Assembly (NCBI GenBank): GCA_030390025.1
Contig: CM059432.1
Span: forward strand, 21,888,001 to 21,952,000
DNA length: 64,000 nucleotides
Direction: 5' to 3'
DNA from: Squalus acanthias
Taxonomy: Eukaryota
In this document: positions 36,100 to 48,077 of the stretch, in pieces
Layout: each line of letters starts with the position of its first letter
Position numbering within the stretch: position 1 is the stretch's first letter
Notes under the pieces: model-generated
Told to the model about the DNA's origin: nothing
Seen by the model: the letters and a program-made list of their open reading frames with translations, nothing else
The model's database searches: none
Translations under genes and position numbers: made by a program

Positions 36100-37918
36100 C
36101 ACTATACTCCTGTGAAGCGCCTTGGAACATTTCACAACGTTAAAGGCACTATATAAATACAAGTTGTTGTTATTGCTCATCAAGGTGACCGATATGAATG
36201 TCATGATATAGAAGATTGTGCACTTTTCTTCCCCAGTGTCAGCATCAACCTCCACAGCAATGGCCACATACAGTGTGACACCCAATTTAATTTAAGGGTT
36301 GCCTCTGATGTCAGGGACACCATGGAAGGCACTCCCTGGCAAAATACTCAACTGATCTAAATAAATAAGGGGCAACATGTCAGATCAGCAATAATTATTT
36401 TACCACCAGGAATGACATATTGAACCCGCTTGTTACATCATTTCCCCTATGAAAAACGGTCAGTGCAAATCACAGAGAATTTTGTCAAATGCTGTGAGAA
36501 ATTTTCCAAGCTATTATTGTGAAAATATTTTAAAGTGCATCAACGATTCAAAACCGACAGCAGCAGTGGATCAATTTAATAATTAAGCCACAAATTCACG
36601 AGCCATTAAATATCTATCCATTTGTTAAATCACCACAGCAGTTAGACATCCTTGTTAAATCATATTTTCATCAGCAGTTTGACAAGTATCTTCCAGTGTG
36701 GTCAGCCTGGTGACTGAGCGGCTGACTCAAGAGTGGCATTGGTATAGGCAAGTTGGCGCACAATATGGGCCTAAGGACAAGAGGGGGTCGACTTTCCTCT
36801 TTGATGTACATCGGGCGGACGGTGGGGGAAGCAATCACGATGCCCGCCTGATGTCGTCACCAAGTTGCATTCAACTGCCAAGCTGCCAGCGTGTTCAAAG
36901 CGCTGATGGGCATCTCGCAAGTTGGGGCGGTGAATCCAGAGGGCCATCCACACAACAAGGGCCAGCAGCTAGGGATTAATGGAGAGGGCTAGGCCCTCAG
37001 GGGTGGGAGGGGTATTGGACAGCATTATTGAAGTGGGGAGGATTACAGAGCTGTTTTCAATAATCCTTTTGAGGGGCGCTGGTTCTGGCCATTGCCAACT
37101 CTGTATAGTGGGCAGTTCCAGCGCTCAGGAACTATACCCAAATGGCATTGGTGTCCTAACAACATCATAGGGCCCCAATTTGCTTTGAGTAATGAGGCTC
37201 CTGCTTGTTTCTGGCAGGACCGCTGGCTGTCTAAATCGAGGCCTGCTAGAAAATAGGCACAGGAGGGAGGTCAGCCTTAGGTTTATTTTCATTATTTTGT
37301 TTTTGTCACCAACCCATTCCTGCTGAAAATCATGGTGGTAGAGAGAGCAAAATCAGGACCCAGAAATGGAAACCAAATCCAATTCTGATGAAGAATTTAT
37401 ACGTGAAACGTTAACTGACTCGTGCATTTCCTTTAGAGCAGAACAGGAACAGAAAAGCACCTGATGGAATGGAAGTAGCGGAAAACTAAAAAAAAAAATG
37501 GAAGAAACGTATATTCCAGGGATTACCCACATATCTGTGTACAATGTATGCAGCATCCCCTCAAAGCTCCAAAATTGAGCACCATACACCGTGCCCAGCC
37601 AGGTTTGTTAGCATTGTGTCCATTCTCTTATCACACCTGAGGGATACACTCAGTAGCTGCGCATCACATGGCCCCGGACTTTGACTAATAATAACGGCCA
37701 GGCTATCAGCGCTCACCATTATTACAGGGTAAGTTTGAAAACAACTTTTGGCGTCCGCACATGCGCAATTAAACGCAAAAATCCAGGTCGTTGCTGTTGC
37801 AGATACCCTGCTCCTCCACAGGGTGCGCTGTTGCAGTCCTTGCTGATAGACTTGGCACTGAAATAATTGTAATGGCTGAACTGGGGTTACTTACCCACTA
37901 GTTCCGCACTATTCCACT

Positions 37919-39243
37919 GGAATCTATTATAAAGGATGCAATAACTAGGCACTTAGAAACTAATAGTAAGATTGGGCAGAGTAAACATGAATTTATGAAA
38001 GGGAAGTCCTGTTTGACAAACCTATGGAGTTCTTTGAGGATGTAACTAGTGGAGTAGACAAAAGGGAATCAGTAGATGTGGTGTATTTGGATTTTCAGAA
38101 GGCCTTCGATAAGGTCCCACACAAGAGGTTGGTGAACAAAATTAGGGCACATGGAATTGGGGGTGATATACTGGCATGGATTGAGAATTGGTTAACAGAC
38201 AGCAAACAAAGAGTTGGGATAACGAGTCTTTTTCAGGATGGCAGGCTGTGACCAGTGGGGTACCGCAAGGATCGGTGCTTGGGCCCCAGCTATTCACAAT
38301 CTATATCAATGATTTGGATGAGGGGACTAAATGTAACATTTCCAAATTTGCTGATGATACAAAGCTAGGTGGCAGTGTTAGTTGTGAAGAGGATGCGAAG
38401 AGGCTTCAAGGGGATCTCAACAGGCTCAGTGAGTGGGCGAGAACATGGCAGATGGAATATAATGTGGATAAATGTGAAGTTATCCACGTTGGTCGGAAAA
38501 AACAGAAAGGCAGAGTATTACCTAAATGGTGAAAGATTGGGCGTCCTTGTACATGAGTCACTGAAAGTGAATGTGCAGGTGCAGCAAGCCATTAGGAAGG
38601 CAAATGGTATGCTGGCCTTCATTACAAAAGGATTTGAGTACAGAAGTCTTACTCCAATTATATAGGGCCTTGGTGAGACCACACCTGGATTACTGTGTAC
38701 AATTTTGGTCTCCTTACCTAAGGAAGGATATACTTGCCATAGAGGGAGTGCAATGAAGGTTCACGAGATTGATTCCTGTGATGGCGGGACTGTCGTATGA
38801 GAAGAGATTGAGTAAACTAGGCCTGTATTCTCTTGAATTCAGAAGAATGAGAGGGGATCTCATTGAAGCATACAAAATTATTACAGAGCTTGATAGGGTG
38901 GATGCTGGGAGAATGTTTCCCTTGGCTGGGGAGTCTAGAACCAGGGGCCACAGCCTCAGGATAAAGGGTAGGCCATTCAGGACTGAGATGAGAAGACATT
39001 TCTTCACAAAGAGGGTAGTGAATCTTTGGAATTCTCTACCCCAGAAGGCTGTGGAGGCTCAGTCATTGGGTATATTCAAAACAGAAGTCGATAGATTTCT
39101 GACTAGTAAGGGCATCAAGGGATATGGCGACAGGGCCGGTGAATGGAGTTGAGGCAGAAGATCAGCCATGATCTCATTGAATGGCGGAGCAGGCTCGAAG
39201 GGCCGAATGGCCTACACCTGCTTTATTTCTTATGTTCTTATGT
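37919..39243 (+). mobile_element. CR1 LINE, 5'-truncated (RT domain, frameshifted) with 3' tail
   Basis: YLDFQKAFDKVPH, SGVPQGSVLGPQLF.IYIND, KFADDTK, RPHLDYC.QFWSP, plus (TTCTTATG)n. Confidence 0.95.
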
Positions 39244-39559
39244 AATGACGGTTGAAAAAGTTAGGGCTGGTGCATTTAGGAGTAAGTGAGTTTTTAACGG
39301 TGTAATAAATGATAATTACTGCTGAACAACATCTCTGGCCCTGAAAAATTTATTTTACAAGCGTGGAATCTTATTCGCTCAGAAGAAAATTAATGTTGCA
39401 GGTTTTAAAAAAAATTAAATTATTTGTCCTTTTTCTGTTTGCCTCTTTTATCTCTCTCCCTTAATACCATCTGTATGTCCCAATCTTTATTGTGCTTTCA
39501 TCCACATCATTTAAATCTAATTCATATTTCCTGCTTTATACTTCCTGATTTGGAATTTG

Positions 39560-40095
39560 TGGCCGGAATTTTTACATGGAGAACGGCAGGGGGCCCGGTA
39601 AAGCGCGCAAAATCTGGAATCCGGGCTTCCCAGCAGCGTGCGTGTGATGTCACGGACAGGCTCCCCACCTGATTGACAGGCTGGCTTCCAGTCGGGAAGG
39701 GAACACTGAAGAAGAGACTGCACCCCCAGGTAGGTACGAGCCCTGACCCCGGGGTGGGGACGGGTTCAATTCCCGACCCCGGGAGGGCGGTCTGATCCCA
39801 TAACCAGGGTGGGGGGGGAGGTCTGATTCTGCAGGGAGAGGTCCGATCCCTGAACCCTGGGGGGGTAGGGGGTGGTCTGATCTCGTGGTGGGGATCCAAT
39901 CCCCAATTCGGTGGGGGGTGGTGGTCTGATCTCGTGGGGAAGGGGTGGTGTTTGTATTGGGGGTGCAATGGTGGGGGAGCTTGTTGGGCCAGGGGAAAGC
40001 ACTCCTGCTCCTCACAGCCCACAAAGAGTGCTGCAAAGCAGGTTAAATCCGAGGCTTGCAGTCTCATTATCTTATTTAAAGTACAAACCCGCCTC
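39560..40095. mobile_element. Harbinger-type MITE fragment with G-rich short repeats
   Basis: Starts ggccggaatttt. Interior motifs (gcactcctgctcctc..gcccaca) resemble 56330-56390. Confidence 0.5.
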
Positions 40096-40590
40096 CGTGT
40101 GGTGAAGATACTCCCATAGTGCTGTTAAGGAGGGATTTTGACCCAGCGATGTTGAAGGAATGGTGATATATTTCCAAGTCAGGACGGTGTGTAACTTGGA
40201 GGGGAACTTGCAGGTGATGGTGTTCCCATGTGCCTGCTGCCCTTGTCCTTCTAGGTGGAAGAGGTCGCATGTTTGGGAGGTGCTGTCGAAGAAGCCTTGG
40301 CGAGTTGCTGCAGTGCATCTTATAGATGGTACACACTGCAGCCACAGTACATCGGTGGTGGAGGGAGTGAATATTTAAGGTGGTGGATGGGGTGCCGATC
40401 AAGCGGGCTACTTTGTCCTGGATGGGTGTCGAGCTTCTTGAGTGTTGTTGGAGCTGCAATCATCCAGACAAGTGGAGAGTATTCCATCACACTCCTGACT
40501 TGCGCCTTGTAGATGGTAGAAAGACTTTGGAGAGTCAGGAGGTGCAGAATACCCAGTCTCTGACCTGCTCTTGGAGCCACAGTATTTATG
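40095..40590 (-). mobile_element. CR1-group (Daphne/Crack-like) LINE fragment, RT C-terminus
   Basis: RAGQRLGIL...STIYKAQVRSVMEYSPL.W..AAPTTLKKLD / QDKVARLIG...SLHHRC.VAA. Confidence 0.75.
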
Positions 40591-41071
40591 TCTCTGTAAG
40601 AGCACTTCAGCTAGTCCCACTCCCCTGCCCTTTCCCCATAGCCCTGCAATTTTTTTTCCTCCCGATACTTATCCAATTCCCTTTTGAAAGCCACGATTGA
40701 GTCTGCCTCCACCACCCTTTCAGGCAGTGCATTCCAGATCCTAATCACTCGCTGCGTAAATTTTTTTTTCCTCATGTCGCCTTTGGTTCTTCTGCCAATC
40801 ACCTTAAATCTGTGTCCTCTGGTTCTTGACCCTTCCGCCATTAGGAACAGTTTCTCTCTATCTACTCTGTCCAGGCCCCTCATGATTTTGAACACCTCTA
40901 CCAAATCTCCTCTCAATATTCTCTGCTCTAAGGAGAACAACCCCAGCTTCTCCAGTCTATCCACGTAACTGAAGTCCCTCATCCCTGGAATCATTCTCAT
41001 AAATCTTTTCTGCACCCTTTCTAAGGCCTTCACATCTTTCCTGAAGTACAGTGCCCAGAATTGGACACAAT

Positions 41072-41884
41072 GGGGGCGATTTTGCCAGCCCTGGGGAGGC
41101 GGGTTTGGAGGCGGGACTGCCAGGAAACTGGCAGAATCTGGGGGCGGGTACCCATCCCGCTTCCGTGCCATCTTCCCAGGGGGCGGGTACCCGACCCGTG
41201 CGGGGTCCCATCTCCTGGAGGTGAGAAGGGGATTACAGCCACTTAACTGCCTGTTAACAGGTAGTTAACACGCAGTTAAGAGGATTATCCCCAATTTTTC
41301 CAACGGAGGTGCGGGCTTCCCGACGTCGGGAAACCCCGCCAGGGTCACCGAGGCGAGCAGTGGGTCTGCGGGGGTGAGAGGGGTCCAAAAGTGCGCTGTG
41401 GAGGTGAGTGATGGGTGCAAGTGTGGAGCGGTAAGTATGTGAGGTAAGTGAAAAGTGTTAGAAAAAGTTTCCTCACCTTTGTTTCTTCCTGCAGGCTTCA
41501 ATCGTTGGGGATCCGTTGGCTCTGGCATCTCCACGGCAGAGATGACAGAATGGCTGCTGCATTCTCCGCAGCAACAGCCCTCTGCTTTCTGCTCAGGAAA
41601 TAGGTTTGGTGAGTCTTGAATACAAGAACTCACCAAACAACAGAGAATGTCAGTGTTTGACAGCTTCACAGAGCTGTCAGATGATGACAAAGATGAAACG
41701 TCATACGCTGATGCTCTCTGTTATTGGCTTTCCCTTAATTGGCCTGCTAAGCAGGCTGGGCGGGCTTAACAAGGTCAATCAAGAGAAAATAGCATGGGTT
41801 GGCCAGACGTCGATGGAGGCGGGACTAAAACCTGACAAGCAGCAGTCCTGCCTCCAACGCGCCCCCATTGAGAAAATCACCCCC
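41072..41884. mobile_element. Harbinger MITE
   Basis: TIRs GGGGGCGATTTT / AAAATCACCCCC and a perfect 3-bp TSD AAT (41069-41071, 41885-41887). Confidence 0.92.
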
Positions 41885-42475
41885 AATACTCCATGTGTCG
41901 CTGAACCAGTGTTTTATAAAGGTTCATCATAACTTCCTTTGCTTTTGTACTCCGTGGGCTCGATTTTGCCAGGCCCAAGGATGCGGGATTGGAAGCGTGT
42001 GAGGTGTTAAAATCATGAAAAATGGCGGGCGGGCCCGATCCCGCCTCCATGCAATTTTCCCAAATGCGAGTTTTCTGACCCCATCTCCATCCCGCCTCCA
42101 AGAGGCGGGATAGACCCTTAAGGCCCTTAACAACCAGTTAAGTGCCTCTATAATCCCATTTTGAGAGGCCTTTCTGATTTTAACACTTTTCCCACGTGGT
42201 TCACGTCTCCTCTGAAACACGCCAGTGAAACCTGGTGGCAGCACAAGTGGAATGCTTACTGAACAGCTGCAGCTCCACCACTAAAAAGGAGTTTTCAGCA
42301 ATCATCATTTGCAGGTGGCAGAACTTTGTTGTCTCAGGTCTGGGGGAACTTTTAGCAGGTATACCTATTGTTGTGGAAGTTTGGAGCCTGACACCCATCT
42401 CCAGTGTGACCTCCTGGGAAACCCCTCTCCCCACCTTGACTGAGCGCTTCCTCAACTGAGGTATATACCAGAAGC

Positions 42476-42702
42476 ATGGGAACCATTTATTTCCTTTCCT
42501 CCTGGACATCAGATTCGGACGAAGACCAGCCGTGGCAGCAACAGATCCATGAACAACAGCAGCACCAACAGCAGCAGCAACAACAGGAGCGCCAAGCTGC
42601 TGCTCACCCACCTGAAGCTGCACAGGCCAGAAGACGCCAGCGCGCGACCACATTGCTGCCCGGGATGCAAGGGACGCACTCCTCTTGGCCAGATTTGCTT
42701 AG
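42476..42702 (+). pseudogene. Internally deleted Harbinger transposase (Q-rich N-terminus joined to RDALLLARFA* end, out of frame)
   Basis: MGTIYFLSSWTSDSDEDQ... vs MGTIYILSSWSSDSEEQQ at 18800(-); same junction as 13835-14062. Confidence 0.87.
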
Positions 42703-43817
42703 CCTGCACAATCAAACACGTTTGCCTCGCACCTTCTTATCAGACCATCGACAATGACCAAGAACCTGCGGATTCCTATCACTCTGACCACCATACTGAC
42801 AATTGCAAGTCATCCTAAGCCCTCAGTGTGGATGTCCCATTAGCGATATGACAGACGCCACAACTGCAGCAGTTGCCATCAGAATTTTTTATTTACAATA
42901 ATCAACTGATGGCTTTTCAACATTAAACATGACATTTCACCCAAGTGATTACCCTTGTGACTACTTGTGCATTATCTTCCTCTTACGCGTGCTCCTACGT
43001 GGTGCTTCCCCTGTGGCTTCAGCAGATGTGGAGGTCCCTTGCTCACTTTCTTGCTGCTCCTGTCTCAACACCTTTGGCAGGCGTCCTCTGGGGTTGCGAG
43101 CCTGTGAGGGCTCGGCAACAGTCTGCTGCTCCTGCGGCTGTGCAGGGGCTGAGACGCCGATCTCAGTTTGGTGAGGACTCTGGTGGGGCTCTGACCAAGG
43201 ACTTTGCAGTGGCATGGCCGTGTGAGCGCTTGGAGAGGAGCCCCCACTTCCTTGTTGTCTGCCACCAACATCCCTCTCATGGGTCAGCCCCACTTCAGAG
43301 CTAGCAAGTGGCTTGACAGTACCTTGCTGCACTTCATGGGGGACATGAGGACCCATTTCTGTACTGGAAGTCCTACTCCCGAGGACTTGCCTGAAGGTCT
43401 GGTTTGTTTGCTCAATAGCTGACCATCGCTCCTTAAGAGATGTCAGTCTATTCTGAACAATGACCATGTTTTCCATACCCTGGCGACTAAGCTCCTCGAT
43501 GGACGTAGCCATCCTCTCCTCTACGGTAGCCATCCTTTCCACGGATGTTGCCATCCTTTCCGTGGTGATGCGTTCATGCGCCAATGCCTCCACAATGGCT
43601 CTGCTCATGTTAGCGATGGACTCCTCCATCCGCTCCACACTCGCAGTGACCCTGGAGACAAAACCTGCCAGAGACTCCTGCACCTGTTCCTGGAGTTCCA
43701 GCACCGCTCTTCTTCTGGATGGACCCGGAGGCAGAGGGTCGACATGCAGCTGAGCCGAGCTGGCAGAGTCCTGTGCCCTCCGACGAGGACTCTCCACTGC
43801 TGTCCCTGTCTCCACCA

Positions 43818-45475
43818 TGTAGAGTTTCGCAATTATCGCGATTCAAATAACATGAGAGAAGCAGATTCATTTGATCGGTTTTATTAAACGGAATGCTGTC
43901 CTGATAATAAAGGACACAGAAGCCTGTAAAATGGCCGCCTTGCATCGTGGCAGAAGCTTCCAGAGACACAGTGGGCAGACAAGATGGCGTCGAATATACA
44001 TTCAGTATGAGATCATACTCGGTACACATTGAAAAGACAGGATGCAACCCGTTTGCATTTTGGACAATAGCAATGATATAAGTGCTTGAATCGTTTCATA
44101 CGCACAGTAAGGATCATTGAACTGAGCCATCGAAAACCCATCCAGACACATCAATACACAAATACCCCCCCCCGGCTCAACAATGAGAGAGACATTGGCG
44201 GGTGATTAAGCCAGTATTCGGGGGGCCCCAAAACCAGTCGAGGAGACGATTCAAACCCGCCCTGGCTGGCTCAACAATGGAGAAGGCATTAACGGATAGT
44301 TGGCCAGTTTCGGGTGATACCGAAACCCGTTAAGAAGATAATCGCCCCATGCTGGGAGTTTTGGGCACCAAAATCACACAAAGAATAAACGTTTAGATTT
44401 GAGCGGGAGATAAGGCCGACAAGGCAGTATAACTATAGGGAACAAATGTCCATCGGTCTCTTGACTCTTGGCTCTGGACTCTCCGCTGGTCTCTTCTCTC
44501 GTTCGCTGGTTCCTTCGGCGGGGCTGTGCTGGTCGGTTATTCGAGTGTTGGGTGGGGCTCAATCGGAACGAGCCGCCTCGACAGGGCAGGTAACAGGGTA
44601 CACCATCCCGAGCGTCGGTAAACGGTGTCCGGACCCAGAGGCCCGAGTAACAAGAAGAAACACAAGAAGCAAGACGAGAAGAAATTCCACGTGCCGCCGC
44701 GGTCAGTAAACCCCGACTGCGCCCGAAGATATAACGACAGAATCCATCTTTGAATTCTACAGGCTACTACTGCATGAACCGGTTTCTTTGAATTCTACGG
44801 ACTACTTCATGATCCGGTCTGAACCCATAGACCACTTCATGACATCAGGGAGTCTGGCTTACCCTCCGGCTCTTTGAACGGGTAGCCTGAGCCATCCGCG
44901 CCGAACTTTACCGGGGCCATCTCCAGTGGACCCATTCGCGGCAGCGAAAGTAAACAAGTCGGGGGCAGAAACCCTTACAGCTACGTGACAGCCAGGCGCT
45001 GCAGCGAAAGGAGCTGAGAGCCTCATTTTAAATTTCCGAAGTGAGCCGAGTGGTGAGCATGTTTTCCGATCCTACAAATCCAGACGTAGTTTAGGTATAT
45101 TAAGGGAGGGTGGTTTCTAAGGTTAATGTATAATGTGTTCCCCCTTTTACGATGTGTCGTGTGTTCCCCAGTTCCATAGACCAAGTTTTATGAACGTGTG
45201 TATACTGGTACTCTCTTTAATCTGCGCCTATGACATGTATTTCATGATTTTAGACGCCATGCAATAAAGACATTCATTTTGTGCTATTCAACCAGGTCTA
45301 TTTGAGTCTTTCTCTGCATTACTGCTCCTTGCATCTAAGTCCAGGTGTCAGAACCGTAAGGGCGAGTGGGTCGAACCACTCACAGGTGCTTATTGCAAAA
45401 GTCTGGCCGGAGACCAGAGCAAGCAATAGTATAGGCAACGAAAGCCTCACCTCGCACCAGTCCGTGACCCTTACA
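43818..45475 (+). mobile_element. Solo LTR (1658 bp)
   Basis: TGTA...TACA termini, 4-bp TSD ACCA (43814-43817, 45476-45479), AATAAA at 45263. The empty site is visible in the paralog at ~15175. Confidence 0.92.
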
Positions 45476-46225
45476 ACCATCTGCTGATGCTCACTTGTGA
45501 GCTTTGATACACCAGGTGACAACACTACACTATCTTGCGAAGGTACCACTGAGGTGTGAGTGTCTGCGCTGGTGCTGGGTGCGCTGAATTCTGCTGACGC
45601 TGCGCCCTCAGAGGTTGCAGCTTCCTCTGAGCTGTCTGGAGGCTCAGGCTGTTCCACCTGGATACTGGGGACGGGGGCTTTCGATGATCCTGTGGGGGAG
45701 TAAAGGAAAGAGTCAGAGATGTGAGGCCAAGGTTACATGCACATTGAATATTGCAGATGATCATAAGTCAATCTGTTAGAGCATCAGAATCATTATCAGT
45801 GACTCATGCAATGTCAATGAGAGAGATGAAAAACTATTCTGTCACCAGCTTGCTCTGATGCACCCGTCTGTCCGTCCCCCACTTATGCATCGTCCTCCAC
45901 TCCCATGATCTCCAGGGCCGCCTCCTCCCAGGGGGTGAGCTGGGCTACTGAGGGTGGCCCTCCTCCTATCCTCGCTCTTTCCCTCTTATTGTGAGCTCTC
46001 TTTTCCTGCAATGAGGGAAACAAGTGGAGTTTGAGTGAGAATGAAGGAGTGAGTGTAGAGAATCCATAGCATAGATGCCTAGAAGGAGACAAAAAAGATT
46101 CAGTGAGGTGGCAAGACCAAGGGCCCTCCCTGTGTGTTATAAGTTGTTTTCATAGCATCACAGCGATAGGGAGTGTGAGGGCTGCTTAGTCGAATAGTTA
46201 AGTGAATGTAAACATACAGAGAGAG

Positions 46226-46432
46226 AAAAGTGAGAAGTCGCACAACACCAGGTTATAGTCCAACAGCTTTATTTGAAATCACAAGCTTTCGGAGCGCTGC
46301 TCCTTCACCTGACGAAGGATCAGCGCTCCGAAAGCTTGTGATTTCAAATAAAGCTGCTGGACTATAACCTGGTGTTGTGCGACTTCTCACTTTTGTCCAC
46401 CCCAGTCCAACACCGGCATCTCTGCATCATGG
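46226..46432 (+). mobile_element. 207-bp fold-back Penelope-like mini-element
   Basis: Two opposed PLE termini matching 6810-6929, and a perfect 12-bp TSD ATACAGAGAGAG (46214-46225, 46433-46444). Confidence 0.93.
46305..46341 (+). ncRNA. Minimal type I hammerhead ribozyme motif
   Basis: TCAC-CTGACGA-A-GGATC AGC GCTCC-GAAA-GC-TT-GTGA: stem I TCAC/GTGA, intact core, one mismatch in stem II. Confidence 0.72.
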
Positions 46433-47280
46433 ATACAGAGAGAGGGAATGGGTAAGGGTGCAAGGATGTCAGTGTCAAGTGGGATGTGGAGGAAGAGGTT
46501 GTCAAAGCTGACCGCTGGTGAGGAGAGGCAATGGGATCAGATTGAGGGTGATGGGAAAGTCATACTTACTTTTCCAGTGCGCAGAAAGTCATGAAACCTC
46601 TTCCTGCACTGCAGCCAGGTTCTGCGACACATAGATAAGGAGTTGACCTCCTGGGCCACTTGTATCCACACAGCCTTCGTCTGCTGGGGAGGCTTCTTCC
46701 TCCCTGAAGAAGGGAAGAGCACCTCCTTATTCCCTCTTGCCCCCTCCACCAGAGCTTGCAGGGCGGCGTCATCAAACCTCGGTGCAGACTTAGGTCTACT
46801 GCTGGACATTTTGCCTGGAAGAAACTATCAGAGCAAAGGCCAAAAGGTTTGCAGTCTGCAGAAGAAGCAAGGCTGCGTGCAGGCCTTAAATCCAGCAGCA
46901 TTGATAACGTCATCGGAGGCGAGTTTCAGAATGGAAAGACTAATTGGGCCAGGGGTTCCCACACGCTGGAAATCAATTGCCCAATTAGGGGAAAATCGCA
47001 TATTTTTCCCACATCAAATGGGAGTCGGGTGGCTAACACGAAAAGCGGATGACACGCTCCCAGCCCGCCCCAATGACAAAATCGAGCCCTATGCCTCTAT
47101 TTATGAATTCCAGGATCCCGTATACTTTTTTAACTGTTTTCTCAACCTGCCCTGCCACCTTCAACGATTTGTGTCCATATATCCCCAGGTCTCTCTCTTC
47201 GTGTACCTCCTTTTGGATTGTACCCTTTAATTTATATTGCCTCTCCTTGTACTTCCTACCTAAATATATCACTTTGCACT

Positions 47281-47690
47281 TCGGCATGGACGGCTTCATT
47301 ATCTGAGGAGTTGCGAATAGAACTGAACACTGTGGAATCATCAGCGAACATCCCCACTTCTGACCTTATGTTGGAGGGAAGGTCATTGATGAAGCAGCTG
47401 AAGGTGGTTGGGAAGAGGACACAGCCTGAGGAACTCCTGCAGTGATGTCCTGGGGCTGTGATGATTGACCTCCAACCACCACAACCATCTTCCTTTGTGC
47501 TAGGTATGACTCCAGCCAGTGGATTCCCATTTTCTTCAATTCTACTACATCTCCTTGATGTCACACTCGGTCAAATGCTGCCTTGATGTCAAGGGCAGTC
47601 ACTTTCACCTCATCTCTGGAATTCAACTCTTTGTCCATGTTTGGACCAAGGCTGTAATGAAGTCTGGAGCTGAGTGGTCTCAGTCTTGGA
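47281..47690 (-). mobile_element. CR1-group LINE RT fragment (same family as 40095-40590)
   Basis: LDIKAAFDRV, P.G.VL.PTTFSCFINDLPS.IRSEVGMFADD. Confidence 0.8.
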
Positions 47691-48077
47691 TGCAGTGCAG
47701 GTAGCAGTTTAATAGCCTAACTAGGTCAGGAAAAGTGACTACATTTGCTGATTCACCTACACCCTGTGGTTTAAGCCCCCGCCCCCTTTCACTCTGTCTT
47801 ACCAAGCGTACTCCATCACATCACTCCTCACACCCACTTAAGTTTTAGCAACACCCATCCTTCACTTTCAATGCACTTCCTCACCTCCTCATGTACCCAT
47901 CCACAGTTGCCACCCACCCCAATCCTTAGGCAATATGATTCATCTGTCTGACTGTCACCCTCACCGAATGCACTGCATCCATTGGGTGAATACCTGACTT
48001 GCACTCACTCACAAGTCTGTTCTTTTGCCCCTTGTAGAAGAAGTGGTGGATTTAATTTGTTATTATTTCCAGTCTGA

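Larger units (their letters stand above)
34540..36175 (+). mobile_element. L2 LINE, 5'-truncated (RT C-terminus, 3'UTR split by insertion 35559-36100)
   Basis: FHMYADD, DIQFWMSRNFLQLNIGKTE, VRNLGV, LDYSNALL.GLP, LHWLPV; tail gcactatataaatacaagttgttgt. Confidence 0.92.
42961..46809 (-). pseudogene. Harbinger Myb/SANT-like gene, 3 exons; one stop (45883) and an LTR insertion in exon 3
   Basis: Exon 1 MSSSRPKSAPRFDDAALQALVE...QCRKRFHD, exon 2 EKRAHNKRER, exon 3 continuous across the ACCA TSD. Confidence 0.9.
41956..47089. mobile_element. Non-autonomous Harbinger (Myb retained, transposase core deleted) carrying a solo LTR and a mini-PLE
   Basis: TIRs GGGCTCGATTTTGCCA / TGACAAAATCGAGCCC, collinear with 13313-16541. 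Flanks CGT/TAT form only an imperfect TSD. Confidence 0.93.
40595..47280 (-). mobile_element. CR1 LINE 3' part in three pieces (40595-41071, 41885-41955, 47090-47280)
   Basis: YCVQFW.LYFRKDVKALERVQKRF..., KSKEVMMNLYKTLV..., KCKVIYLG...ERDLG are contiguous RT C-terminal motifs split by two Harbinger insertions. Confidence 0.9.

Noticed and set aside
37385..37415. CTGATGA...GAAACGTT hammerhead-like motif
   Set aside because: Stem II cannot pair; probably a decayed PLE terminus.
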